Origin: Trichosphaerium sp. ATCC 40318
Lineage: Eukaryota > Protista > Tubulinea
Reading direction: 5' to 3'
Assembly: GCA_038496445.1 (NCBI GenBank)
Contig: JALMLS010000093.1
Coordinates: 186,001-250,000, forward strand
DNA: 64,000 nt
The position numbers and the translations under genes are program-made. The notes under the pieces are model-generated. The model did no database searches. It saw only the letters and a list, made by a program, of their open reading frames with translations, and was not told where the DNA came from. Numbering within the stretch: the stretch's first letter is position 1; the number at the start of each line of letters is the position of its first letter. Below are positions 1 to 13,302 of this stretch, one piece after another.

Positions 1-1441
1 TGATGGGTCAAAATGATCAAGCGCACAAAGTTTTTGTAATTGACTTTGGATTGGCATCGACCTTTCGCACACCTGATGGCAGCCATATTCCATACAATCC
101 CAACGCTAGTTTCCACGGGACACATCGCTATGCCTCTGCAAATAGCCATGAGCGCATAGGTACATAGTCATTTATTATTTCACGTTTTTTGAGCATTTGA
201 GTATCACGTTAAGCATGCAAAAAAAAACCACGCCAAATAGGTTTAAAATCGTTTTTGCACGCGCAACTAAACCTTACAGCACAACCAATTCCTCGTGGTC
301 TTTGCATTCTTGCTGTTTTTTTATTATTGACAACTAAATGATGTGGGTAGAACAGAGCAGACGAGACGATCTAGAAGCGTTGGGTTATGTACTTATTTAC
401 TTTGCAAAGGTACATAAATATATTTCTTTCTTGTGGACATTGTCAACCATCACTTGCTTAACAATCCAATTATAGGGCGGATTGCCTTGGCAGAATCTAG
501 ATATCAAGAGAAAAAAGCGTAAAAAGATTGGTGAAATAAAGAGAAACACGACTGTCGAAGCCATAACGAAAGGTCTTCCGAGTACGCCCTTGTTTTGTAG
601 TCTTTATCGTCGTACTTACAAAGACGCAGAGGCATTCGAAGAGTACTTTTCTTATGCACGCAAGTTGAAGTTTGACAGCAAGCCCAATTATAATTTCTTG
701 CGCGAATTATTCCGGTAAGTACCAACGCCACTCCACAAACAGAATCAATATTATATTTATTTATCGTTTTGTGAGTATTTACTGAATGTACCTGTCTAGC
801 GAATGTATGGCACAACACAACTATGACATGGATTATCAATACGATTGGTATCCGGTACGCCCACGCCTTTATCTATGTACATATACCTCATTTCTGTCAA
901 TCCTCTCCATTTGGCTTGGACATTTATTTGTTTTGCTACACCAACACTTTGCTGACATTTGTCGTGGATTCTAGGACACATTCAAGCCCAGAGATAAAAC
1001 AGAGTCCACAAGTTCCGCAGCTCAACCTAATAAATATAGCCAAGAACTGGATTCCATTGGAGAGCATCACACAGCACACAGACAAGTCGTTGCAAGGCGC
1101 ACAGGTGTAAAAACAAGTGCAAAGACAACGGGCGCCAAGGCAACAGGCGTAAAGACAACTGTCAAGACGGCTGTCAAGGCGACTGTCAAAACAACTACTG
1201 CAAAGCGAGCACAAAAGCGAAAACCTCCATCGACATCAAAACAGCCTTCGTACGTAAACAGGCATTCATATCTTTGCTGAATCACATTTTTGGTGTTTTT
1301 TTTTTTTGGTCTGTTTTCTTTGCAATGGTTTCCCATGTCAACTTGTATTTATTTCTTTTGCGCAGTCATAAAAAACAGAGACGACAATATAATCTGCGCG
1401 CACGAACAGCAAACAGGACAAAAAGTAGTCCGCGAAATTGA
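1..1441 (+). CDS. Casein kinase 1 family kinase, 5'-truncated, spliced
   Basis: Exons read VFVIDFGLA, FHGTHRYASANSH, EQSRRDDLEALGYVLIYF, LPWQNL, KPNYNFLRELF. GT-AG introns join them, and a low-complexity tail ends at TGA 1439-1441. Confidence 0.93.
1105..1200 (+). repeat. Imperfect 12-bp coding repeat (VKTT/VKTA/VKAT) in the CK1 tail
   Basis: gtaaagacaact gtcaagacggct gtcaaggcgact gtcaaaacaact. Confidence 0.75.
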
Positions 1442-1845
1442 TTTTGTACAATACTAATAGAAATCATAAAAAAATATCTCAAATGTAAATACAAATTCCG
1501 AACAAACGGGCAAATCAACACATCCAAGAATACGTTTTTTTATTAATTTGACAACACTCTCCGACCACAAACCGAAACTAAGGTACTTGGTATGGAGCAC
1601 TTTATTTAGAGATAGCGGTCCGGTATTAAAAAATGTGTAATACAGAGAGTACACATGGATAGATATGGTCAGGCTCAGCTATCTTTGTTTTAATTATTAA
1701 TATTATATGTATTCTGCTTAACTAATTGATGGCAGCACTGGGCGTAATCAACTCCGAGTTTCAAGGTTGGCATTGGGTGTATACAGGTGCTTTGCTCAAT
1801 CATAGTGCTATGCAATGCAGTTGACTCGCGCTCTAGTTTGGCAGC

Positions 1846-2921
1846 TCATTCTGGTTTAATGGTGATGCCTTGTTTCTTCAATCTGCGGTAGAGAGACGCT
1901 TGTGTTCTCGTCAGGGCGGTGTGTGCCTCGGCTGTAAGTTTCGACCAAGCTTCGCGTTCATTCATTTTGGCTTGCTTCATCGCACGGATTTGTTTTGCGA
2001 AACTGACTGGCTCCCCGATCTCAATCTTGCACATATGGTTAAAACACGCTCCATCATAACGTTTATAACGTACCCAAACAGATTTAAAGGGCCTTGGCAC
2101 GCGAAACCACTTTGGCCACCTGTTCTCCGGCATAACACGTGCCATACCTTAAGACAGCAAATATTGAGTCAGGTCTGTGATATTCACACCTCAATCAGCT
2201 TGCAGACACAACGCACCTTGATGATAAACTGGTAGCAAAGTCACGTCGTGTTTGGCCTCGTACAACATCCTTCCTATGCCTACCACACACCTTTTAAAAC
2301 AAATGAAAACAAATGTGGTTTTCGCGTACCCCACTTTAACCTGGGTAGCAACACATTTGTTTGGTTAATTTTGCCTTCTGGGAAGACGTTTACCCATTCA
2401 CCCTCGTTTAACAGACGCACAGCTCTTGTGACGCCTACGTGGAAGATGATGTGTCTCGAGAGCTCAAAATGTCTACTTTATTGTTACGCACCTTCTTGCT
2501 CTACGCCGCCACCACGCACTATTTCATAGGCTTTACCATGATTGAAAAACCAAGTGCTGAATTTATTGTTGAAAATGATGTCTGATTTTTGTGATAAATA
2601 AATACTTCTGTCAACTCAACCAAAACAACTCAAATGGTTCAAAAACGATTATTACCTTTTGCACCGAGACTCCAACGTATCCTGTCACAAGCCCATAACT
2701 CTTTCATGCCTAAACTCATTGTCCAGATCATAGGATCGTCTAATGTGGAGTGGTGGTTGAGTACGGTAAGTAGTGGCTCAGTTTTAGGCCTGTGCCAATA
2801 CAACTGCAAAAGTTGTTTGCTAAGCGCGCCAATTAGCGTCGCGGTGCTCTCAAACGCACCGATTGAATATTTGAAAGCGTATAGATGACGCAAACGCCTT
2901 GAATACCAAGGCTGTAGCATT
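1846..2921 (-). CDS. TAZ: Tafazzin-like phospholipid transacylase (PlsC family), spliced
   Basis: LNHHSTLDDP (HxxxxD motif), RWSLGAK|DIIF, IVRGGGVEQ, WVNVFPEGKI, LKWG|IGRM, LLPVYHQG|MARVMP. Confidence 0.88.
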
Positions 2922-3514
2922 AATGATAAATCTCTGCATCTAGTGTAGTTTCTCCACTGGAGAGTTACAATGTAGACAATGGTGGACTTTTGCACACCTT
3001 TATTGTTGTACAATGTGACATTTACCAGTACTAGTGCAAGGTAACTCAGTAGCGAGCCAATAGCGTAGTTTGCAGTGACACGTCATTTGGTAATGTTGAA
3101 AGCTACAACTGGCCTCTTAGTGTACGCCTGCAGCCTTTTTGGGCCCACACACGCCCTTAGCAAAGTGATACCTTGCCAGGCACGAATATTGTGGCTCAGA
3201 CACGTTTGTGTTGTCTTCAGTGAAAAAGCAGTTTAACATGCGCTACTTTGCAACCGAACCCGTACATAGCATTCTACTCGCTTCGGCGAGTGTGCACTCG
3301 TTGATCAGCCAAGCCGCCATCTTTAGCGCATATTCAAGACCCTTTATTTCGCTACGAGTCAATAGGCTTCTCACCATAGCTGTAATACAGTATTGCATTC
3401 AGTAACACTAGGCATTCGCTGTACGTAAACTTACTTTTGGGCGTTACGGACAGTCTAGTCCGTCCCAGCATTTAACCACTAGTGTGTAGTCGCGATCATT
3501 GACTCTTAGAATAG

Positions 3515-5595
3515 ATGACAGAGCTCGCAAACAGATGGCAAGACATTTCACAGGTTTTAAGTAACAAGGGAGCATTCGCTTGCGATGGCTTTGAAGCAGA
3601 CACCGAACAGGACAAAGAGGTTCGTTGCGGTTTTTTTTAACGCCATGCGAGCGCTTTGGGCGTTTTTCGTTGTGCAAAAACACTGAGAGTCTTTGTTTCA
3701 CTGACCAACTACAACCAGAACCTCGAATTTTTGCTTGAGGAGTCTAAAATTTTGGTTATCGGCGCTGGTGGCCTTGGTGCGTCTTTAGGTGCGTATATTT
3801 TAGTGCTTATTGGCTAAATAGGTTGCGAATTGTTGAAGGACTTGGCTTTGCTTGGTTTCCGCAACATTGATGTCATTGATATGGACGAAATTGATTTGTC
3901 TAACCTAAACAGACAGTTCTTATTCAGGTAACGCTCACGCAACCAAAAAACCGCAAAAACCACCTAAACGCCGTTTAGAAAAGCCGACATTGGTAAATCA
4001 AAAGCGGAGGTAGCTGCTGCATTCATAAACAAACGTGTTGCAGGCGCCAAGGTAGTTGGGTGCGTAGACGTGACCTTGCAAGGTCTTTATTATTTTTTAT
4101 TTATTTTTCATCAAATTATATTATTTTGTTTCAAAAAGTTACTATGTGTTGCTTGGCGCTTCCGTGTTTTTGACTGTTTTTTTTTTAAAGACACTACAAA
4201 AAAATTCAAGACTTTGCCCCAGAGTATTACGAGCAGTTCAACTTGATCGTTGCCGGTTTGGATAACATCAAAGCCCGTCGTTGGATCAACGCTATGGTTG
4301 TCAACTTGGTCGCCATTGACGACGATGGTAGAACTGATCCTGACACTGTCATTCCCCTCGTTGATGGCGGTACCGAAGGTGCGGTTTGCCAACTCCTCCT
4401 TTTATTAGTTGATACAGTGTGTTAACAGGTTGTTACTTTTAGGATTCAAAGGTCAATGTCGTGTCATTCTACCAACCCTTGGCGCTTGCTTCGAATGTGC
4501 GTTGGACACGTTCCCTCCACCAACTACGTTCCCAATGTGTACTGTCAGAAACACACCTCGTTTGCCTGAACACTGTATCAAATACGCATTGGCCGTGCAA
4601 TGGCCAGAAGAGCGCGCTGACACACCTGTACGTCACCCCACACAGCCTTATTTAAATAAGAGAAACATATTTCTAAGTGGTACAATGAACTAGTTGGACA
4701 ATGACAATCCAGAGCACATCACTTGGTTGTGCAAGAAAGCTCAGGAGCGTGCCGACAAATTCGGTATTTCAGGTGTCGACTACCGCCTGACACAAGGTGT
4801 AACGAAGAATATTATTCCTGCCATCGCCTCTACCAACGCCATCATATCAGGTACGTGCACATCTCATCCAGTTTTTTTCTTTTTACTAAGACAATCATAC
4901 AACAGCTGCTTGTGCTAATGAAGCATTTAAAATTGCAACACAAACTGCACCATACTTGAACAACTGGATGACATACAACGGTTTGGAAGGATTGTACACT
5001 TACACTTTTAACTATGAGAGGAGGGTAAGTCAATCTTTATAAATTTCAGCGGTTCTCTCCTCTATCTTGCATTTAATACAAGTTATAGTCAAGCTGTCCA
5101 GTTTCAGGATCTGATACCTGTCCTTTCAATGCTGATCCATTGATGACATTGGAAGATTTAATATACGAGCTGACTGCACAACCAAACTTGTATCCACACT
5201 ACACCGGCCCTATTTTTATCAGCTTTTTTTTATTGCCAAGTGCTTTGTAACCATCAACATTTTTATCCACTTAACTCTGAACAAGTCAACTTGACTCCCC
5301 ATCAATAACTACAGTCACCGATGACAAGTCTCGTAGTTTGTACATGCAACGACCAAGAGCGTTGGAAGAGGCAACCAGACCAAACTTGGCCAAACCATTG
5401 CAAGACCTCTTGACTGACGGCAGCACACTTAATGTTACAGATCCTATGCTTCCATCCGTACGCCACTCACGCAACCCCTATTGTGGCATTAAACTTGTAC
5501 TGACTCTCTCTTAGGTAGCCTTAACCATCGTTGTGCGCTTCTCAAAGGAACCTGGCTCATACGTCAACCCAGACAAACGCGACGACAAACCATAG
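3515..5595 (+). CDS. UBA3: NEDD8-activating enzyme E1 catalytic subunit, spliced
   Basis: [10 protein letters not shown]|[76 protein letters not shown]. Confidence 0.95.
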
Positions 5596-5688
5596 ACCTC
5601 CAGGAAAAACAAAGGATTTTGTCACCTTAATAAAGCAAAACAAGCGGAAGATTGATTGTTGTTAATGTTGGCGTTTTGTACATTTTTA

Positions 5689-8600
5689 TTATTTTACGTT
5701 AGTAGCACTGCTCCTGCCTCCACTTGGAAGCGCTAGCGGTGTCTCTGTTTTTGCACAATCAACGAGCGTTTGCATCTGCGCTTGCATGGTAAATAGCGTG
5801 CCATGACGGTCAAAGCTCCAGTTAGATTCTCCATAATCAACACGCATTTTAATCAAAGGATTGCCCTGTTTGAAGAAACCTGTTAACGATATGACACCCT
5901 CATCAATTGCACGTACGGCATCTGCCAGTTTTTGTAGCGATGGAACGAGCGTTGGGTGACTTATGCGCATGTTTGGCGTGTCACCAATGTGTATGGTCAT
6001 CGTGAAGTCTCTTTTGCCGGAAACAAAGTGCTTGTTGTCCGAGTATGTTGGGCACAACGTTATGGGATGCACAGTCATTTTCACAAAATTTACGATGGCA
6101 CTACCCAATACACGTGCTACGCAGTCCCAAGCTTCTCCTTCTTCGATTGTGAGCTGGGCTTGCTTGAAGGTGAGCTCCGTTGGCTTTGTGCCCTTTATCG
6201 TCACTTTGATGCCGTGGTTAGCAACCGACGTTACAAGCGATGGTACGATACTAGCACAAACAGCATTAGCGTTATGGAGATTGATCAATTGTGCCTTACC
6301 TCGTCACAACGCACTTTGGGTCCCAACTAATTTTCTGTGCATCACCCCAGTTCTTTTGTATGACACCTATGAATATGGCTTACTACTGGAGCAAAGCGCA
6401 GGGACAGGGAACGTACCGTATGCGCTGCTCAGCAAGAATAGCGATGCAGGTACAGAAATGTAGTACCAGTACAGTCGTTGCGATAAATACGTCGTGTAAA
6501 TAGGCCATCCGACCCAAATGATGAGTGTTGGAAACATTAGAATTTCACCTAGGAAGAAGAAGCGCCTTAGCCTGTAGTTCAGCACAGTCATTTGCTTCAA
6601 ACAAAGTATAAATCCTGCCCATATTTTGCCACTGATGACGGTCATTACAACCCACTTGTATACACCTAACGGTTGAAACAGTGGAGCGTACTTGTTTCTG
6701 ACTGGTAACGTTAAGGACAATTAGTTGTTAACAACAACTAAGAAAAACAAAGAAAGAGGATACATTTAAATGCCATGTATATGCTTACACCAAATGCCAC
6801 TATCCAAACACCTTCAAAAGCCAAAACTTTGGGTTGCACATGTTGCAGTGCAGTATAAGCAGCTGCATTCTGCGTCAACAGAAAGGTCAAAAGTGCTTTG
6901 CCGTTAGAAAATGTGACCAGTGACCACAGCCAAGACGTGAGTGTTACTGGAAACCATAAGTCTAGTTCCAACTGCAGCGCTGAACTAACGTTAATCACCC
7001 AGCATCTTTAAACGTACGTACTCAATATCCAAGTAAAGATTGAATTCAGAGTGCGCGTGATGATAGGGATGAGAACACGTGGATCTTTGAGTACAGTGTC
7101 AAGTGAAGTCATGGCGACAGGCGTGAAGAGAATGACAGGCAAAATCAACAACAACCCATTCAACAACACAATTAGTGGCTGGAGTACGATCTGGATACAT
7201 CTCGATACAATCTTAATCGTAATGTACAAGTACGGGTGCATATCTAGACTTTTAGTTAGACACAACGGTACCAGAGCGCAACTATGTTCAAAAATATACC
7301 AGCTTTGTTTTTATGCCTAAAGTCAACAAGTTAGTCTTAAAATTGTAACGCAATTCGACGGTACCAGAAGGGTTGTCCAAGCGTGATACACGATATAATG
7401 ATAGGATCTCACAAAGGTTAATGAAAACAAGTGAACAACTGATTGTATAAATAAAATGCAATTGGTTGGGGATACGAATAAGAAAGACAATAAACGAAAG
7501 CACACAAGGGACGAAAATCAAAGCGGTTGGGATTGTTAGTAAAAACAAGATGTCTGAACCCCAAAAGTTCATATGGTTCATCGCTTCAGCTTCATAGAGT
7601 ATGAGTGGGAGGGTACAAACAGTTGGGAATGAATACGTACCATTCAGGCCAAACATAGCAGTCAATAATATGTTGTTCGAATCACCCTCACGGCCAAGGG
7701 CTTGTCTTATAGCCTTGATACCTATATGCAATGGTATGCAAGGTAAGGCGAGAATCTATAAACCAGGTTAGTAGTTGTGCGTTTACCAATCCAAAGTCCG
7801 GTTTCACCTTTAATGGCAACAATAGGATATGTCTAAAATCTCTAATACTGCACTGGCATGCGTAAAATACAATGGGTGCATAATAAACCAGAGAAGGTGG
7901 TGCATCGGCGGTGGATTCGAAGGACTTTTTGTATTTCAGACACTACAATTTATTCAAAAAAAGTTGTACCACTTTATCAATATAATCAAAAATACGTACT
8001 GCCGCATCTGTATTCGTGGCCGCTTTCCAAATACGTGAGAAAAAAGAAGGAATGTGAAATACACCGATCAATATCATAAAAATAGAGCATAAGCAAAGGA
8101 GGTCGTGGGCAAGGAATAGTGCGTTAAGGAAGCATGCCACATAGTACGAGACGCTCTAAGAACAAGTTAGTAACATGGTGTTAATCATAAGCGCTTTTGT
8201 TTGAGACCTTGTAGAAGTATCTTTCACAATATTTCATGCTATCTGTCTTCAAAAGATCCATGTCGGATTCTATAGTGTTCTTAGTGAGGGTGTGGTATCT
8301 AACCAACGTACGATTTGTATACTTAGGATGGAAAACCTAAACACTGTTTCAATAAAACTATTAAGATTGTTTGTGTTAGTACATGCGCCATTGTCTCCTT
8401 CTTGACTCGTTTATATTGATACAATAGCGAAGGTATACGAATAAATGTGACTAGCACTAATGCAGCTATGATATATGTTAAATATAAATAGGGGTTCGTG
8501 TATACTAACCAAGAAGAGTGGAGATTATGTCTAGGAACACAATGCAAGTAAAAATGAGGAATGATTGTCTCCAATGCTGGTTTCCATTCACCTACAATCC

Positions 8601-11600
8601 CTCCTTAATATGCAACGATCACATTGCCTCGTACCTTGCTTTGGTAGTCTACGAGATGATACAATCGCCACACAGTGAGCATTACGGGTAAACCTAAAAG
8701 TACAAATGGAACGTCATAGACCCACTCTTTGAACTCTGCAAACACCATTTGGTGCTCATCCATGCCTCGTCGATACTACATTTTTGATTAACTAATATGA
8801 ATAGCTGAGTGTATTCGCACTGTATTGAGGATAGTCCATAGGCTAGAAATGCGCCACAGCGTGACAACCATGATGAGCACCATGCATGAGCAAGGCACAT
8901 CCTTTATTGTGCGCCACAGATGGGAAAATACCATTAACCTTCTTTCACGTGCGCTATCGCCCTTTTTGGAAAGGTTAGGACTAACCATAACACTCACTAA
9001 CCTCACTAAGAGCCCTATATAGCAATATAGGAATACGCCACAGCGCGAGTATCCCAATGAATATGAAAGGTATATCCACCAGCAACTGCCAAAACTCGTT
9101 GAATATGATGGCGTGTTTGTTGTCTTTTAAAGTAGAGCCGCGAATCTTTTTCCATAAAGAAGCACCGCGCCATGTACACAACAACAATGTGCCAATGCAC
9201 AAGATAGGTAGATCAAGAACTATGAGAAGCGCTTGTCCCGCAATAAGTTTCCGTCTGTCCCATTCGTCCATTGGCTAGTAGAAAATACTTGAGTGGGGAT
9301 GTCTCTTTGTAAACTTGAGTGCCGTACCTCTCGCAATATTTTTTGCAAGACATAATACCTAAGTATCCAAGACCACGGACATAGGCATATCAGCAGAGTC
9401 AGGGCAAAGAATGGGAGGTCAATGATGAACAGCACGAACTCAGTAATAATCGCTTGCTGATAATCTGCCACGGGGTATTTACGCTTACGTGCAGGAGATG
9501 GATTCTCTTCCTCGTCATCGTTGTCTTTGGGAACGTTTCCTCGGCGCCGAGGGGCTATAGCTTCTAGATGCTCCTTACGTAGCTAGCATTTTGTCAAATA
9601 TTACCCTTGGTTCAAAATTGGGTTACCTTCTTTAGTTTAGCATACAAACTACGTGAACGCCAAATTGTAGCAAACACAGCAAGTGCAAGTACTGCGCAAG
9701 GTATGTCAACGAGCCAGTACCACAAGTTGCGTAATATCACCCATTTTATAGAGTACCGATTGGTGGCCTAGAGGCTCATGTTAACACCACAATTTCAATA
9801 TTGATTCATACCTCATATAGTTGTTTAGCGAGTGTGCTGGCACGCCACATTGTTAGCCATATTGGTATAGATAATATGTGATAAGGCAAATCGAAGAGAT
9901 CGTAAAATAGATATACAAATTCACACAAGGCGACATAACGTCTGGCTCTGGCATCTGCTGCCTAAAGATTGATGGTTTTAGAAGTGACACATGAATCACA
10001 GAATGTACTCTGTATAGGTTAGTTACGAGCCAATATGACCTCCAAACTGTTAAAAGCACCACAGAGCCAAGCAAAATAAAAGGGATATCAAGCAACAACC
10101 CACGGAACTCGTAAAAGACAATTTCATCAAGGTGAAAATTTGACCTAACCTCCAAATGTCGCCAGCCAATACGATGCCAATTCTACGCGTAATACTTTAA
10201 CGTTTGAGCATACAGAGTGAGTAGTTACCTGTCGCAACTGAGTTATCATGTGGTATAACCTATAGACTGACAGAGTCAAGATGGTGACTTCGATTACCAG
10301 AAACAAATCTAGTACAACCATAAATAACTGAATAATCACTTGTTTCCACTGCTCTGCGCGATGTTGCTTCATATGTTCCTTCTTATGAGATTGGGCAATC
10401 TAAAAACGTTAGGTAAAATAATAGGCTACAGATCCGTACGATTGGCATGTATTTCAATAGAGGGTAGATTCTATAAACTGTACAGCATACAGCCAAAGAC
10501 AAACCCAATAAAATCCAATCATAAAACATTTCCCTAAAAACCCATGTACAGAGGCGTGCGCGCTCTCCTGTGCTTTTGCACTAAAGTATTCTCAGAAAAG
10601 GCCACCAGTAGCCAACGGACCTCGCGCAATTGATGGTAAAATACAAGGATATTCCATGGGGCTAGCGAGAGGCCAATCAGTCCGGCTAGCCAACTAAAAC
10701 AGTCCAACACAACGCATACAAACGACTTGCACAGCTTGTTTCGTAATTTCCCTGAATACAACAGCACCTGAACTGCAGAACTTCCTGCTCTCATTTCCTT
10801 GGCTAGAGTAAGCACTGTACGCTAATTTAGCAAACTTACAAGTTTGAAAGTTTTAACGACACCTGGCACTCGCCACATAGTGACGAGAACTGGAATAAAG
10901 CAAACAAACGCTATCGGATCGGTGGGCAGATAGCCCAAGTTATTAAAAATTCCATATCTGATAGATTGACTCCCCTTGGGTAACACTCGGTTGCGGTGTT
11001 TCTCCCAAAGTAGGTACAATACACCCGGTAGTCTAAAGCCACGTGGTAAATATTCAACGTTGCAAGTTTGAAAAAAAAACCAAAACTAGCATTACCTGTA
11101 TAAAGTTACCACGTGGACTAAAAAGCACAGCCCTGCTATAGCGTCTATTTGTGCATCCAATATGGAATAAAAATAGTTTTTCCTAAAATAATCCAACTGT
11201 TTGTTTTTGACACTGCTGACGGAGTATTCGCGTACCATTTTACAGGGGGCAGCTGTTTCATCCAGTGTACGCTTGCATGTCTGGCTCCGAATGCCGCAAT
11301 GCCCAAAGCACCTGTCATGGAAAGGAAAAGGACCAACGTATCGAAATATAGGTAGTTGATGATCCCTACACACAGAATAGGTGAAATACTAATAGGGACC
11401 GCGATCGTTGCTAAAAACCATCTCAACGGACATAAAAGCGTGTATAGAACCGGATTTTGGCTTGTATTGAAAACTTTCGTTTCAAAAAAACGCTAAGTGT
11501 GTTAAAATAATCAACGTGGCATATTTACCTGTGTGACGGCGAAATAGAAGTATATTGGTAGGATAGCTAACCCACAAAGCGCACCCAGTATATCAATTGC

Positions 11601-11639
11601 AAATCTAAGTGCCACTAGCACCAGTGGCGTGTCAGCCAT
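5689..11639 (-). CDS. Large uncharacterised multi-pass membrane protein with about 16 internal D[IL]P..(T)xWR repeats and a C-terminal soluble domain, many exons
   Basis: Minus-strand exons join in frame through GT-AG introns from MADTPLVLVALRF (11639) to the terminal exon 5689-6250. Repeats include LDIPFILLGSVVLLTVWR, LDLPILCIGTLLLCTWR and KDVPCSCMVLIMVVTLWR. Not every junction was checked. Confidence 0.75.
6702..6763 (-). other. U12-type (minor spliceosome) GT-AG intron
   Basis: Donor GTATCCTCT, branch site GTCCTTAAC 8 nt before the end of CAG. Splicing restores the frame (AFK|FRNK). Confidence 0.75.
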
Positions 11640-11904
11640 CTTGAGTGGCAACGTAGGCAAACTGTTTTGGGTTTAAAAACGATCACATGTCACTTAACAA
11701 AAATGTACTACGTAGCACGGGTAAAAGCGTTTTTTTTCCGATTCGGTACATAAATCAAAAGAGGCCAAGGAGGAGAATATACAGATGGCACAGGTTTTAG
11801 GTGAATTGTTGTTAAGGTAAAGAGCGGTTAATATTAAGGAAGTTGTTCGAGAATACAATAAAATTAATAGCTCACAAAGCCCGCAAATACGACAAAAGCA
11901 ATAA

Positions 11905-13016
11905 ATGCTCCAACACGCGCATTCCGCTCCTTACAACAATAAGGAGCAAAGACAGCTCTCCGCTGTTATAGATGAAGCAACAAACACCAGAAATCGTCTG
12001 AAAGAACTAGAACAACAAGTTAACCATATGTACACAATACTGACGCAGCAAATAACGGAGCAGCTACATAGCCAAATGGTTGCTCAAAACACCAAATTTG
12101 AACGCCTCAAGGCTGCTCTTCAACACCACACGAAGAAACAAGCGCTTTTCCTCACCCAAAAATTAAAAAAAATACAAGCACGGGAACGAGAGTTAGAAAA
12201 ACGGGAAAAAGCACTGCTCGCAAGGGAGCGTAGTGGTAGTGCTGGTACGCAATCTCGCTCTCCTAGAAATGGACATCCACGCCGACATACGACAAGGAAT
12301 AGGCCACGCAAGGTTAAAAAGAAAATACCACCTCCATCTCTGTACGTAATTCGTAAATATATCAAAAAAACAACTGTCACTTTAAAATCAAAAAAACGAA
12401 ACAGAAAATGAGCCCACTAACGCGTACTGGTTTTGTAGGATCACCACCTTTACGCCAGACATATTGGGGCACTTATTTCGAACGGGGAAGGTTGCTTACA
12501 CGTCGTGGCCTGTATTATGTCGTCGAAGTTGCGAATCTTCTTGCAGATTTGATGAGAACCTTAAAAAATATGGTACGTACCTTGGTGACCGTTGTTTATT
12601 TTATTGTTTATTTGCCCCAATGACGGTTTCACGTGATAATAAAAATCGAAATAGGCTCTTGGAAGCGTTGGGTTAGAGATGGCGTTATTAAAGCCGAATA
12701 TAACTTTGAGCACGGCAAGAAACACGGCAACGTCACGTCATGGTACATCAACGGTCAACTTTCCTCTCGTATTAGATATGTTGAAGGCATAAAGCAAGGT
12801 CCATGTAAGAAGTGGCAATTAGACGGACAGCTCAAGGAATTTCGCCGCTACGACAAGGGACAACTACACGGCGAACTTACCCAATGGCATAACAACGGTC
12901 AACTTAAATTGCAGTGCTTTTACAAAAATAACGTGCGCGTTGGCACTTATAAGCGTTGGAACAATGATGGTGAACTATTACGTTCCGAGACATTCAGACC
13001 ACCAAAGAAAGAGTAA
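11905..13016 (+). CDS. Coiled-coil, degenerate F-box-like and MORN-variant (YwqK-like) repeat protein, introns 12342-12438 and 12573-12654
   Basis: Removing two GTACGT..TAG introns joins the ORFs at 11905, 12464 and 12633 in frame. Repeats include GKKHGNVTSWYINGQL and GQLHGELTQWHNNGQL. Confidence 0.75.
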
Positions 13017-13302
13017 TGTAGCTAAAAACAAATAGTGTAAAATAAAAATGTACTTGTAGTGATTGAACAAAGTTTTTTTTTTTTTCAATTATGAGAATTC
13101 TTTCAAAAACAAAACTTTGAAAAACCCTCAACACGCTCGTTTTTAGTTCCTTTTGACATCTTTGATTGTTTGCATAAATGTGTAGTTTACTCGCACGTGA
13201 AGAAGTACGTGGATTAAGAAAAAAAAATTATTCCGTGCGTTTTCAATTGCTTTTCCATTTATTTTTTTACAAACGCTGTGAAGGTGTACCTGCTCGCAAA
13301 TC

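Noticed and set aside
5689-6288. Stand-alone intronless 199-aa gene
   Set aside because: It splices in frame as the last exon of the membrane-repeat gene.
5956-6503. Plus-strand ORFs antisense to real genes (also 1870-2235, 28951-29313, 50099-50491)
   Set aside because: Shadow ORFs without recognisable motifs.
7820-7832. ATATCCT on the minus strand as an AT-AC donor
   Set aside because: It falls inside an open exon (DFRHILLLPLK), and no AC acceptor is needed.
12405-12640. ATGA stop/start overlaps at 12408 and 12620, and an in-frame TGA suggesting an operon or readthrough
   Set aside because: Both lie inside ordinary GT-AG introns whose removal gives one continuous ORF.
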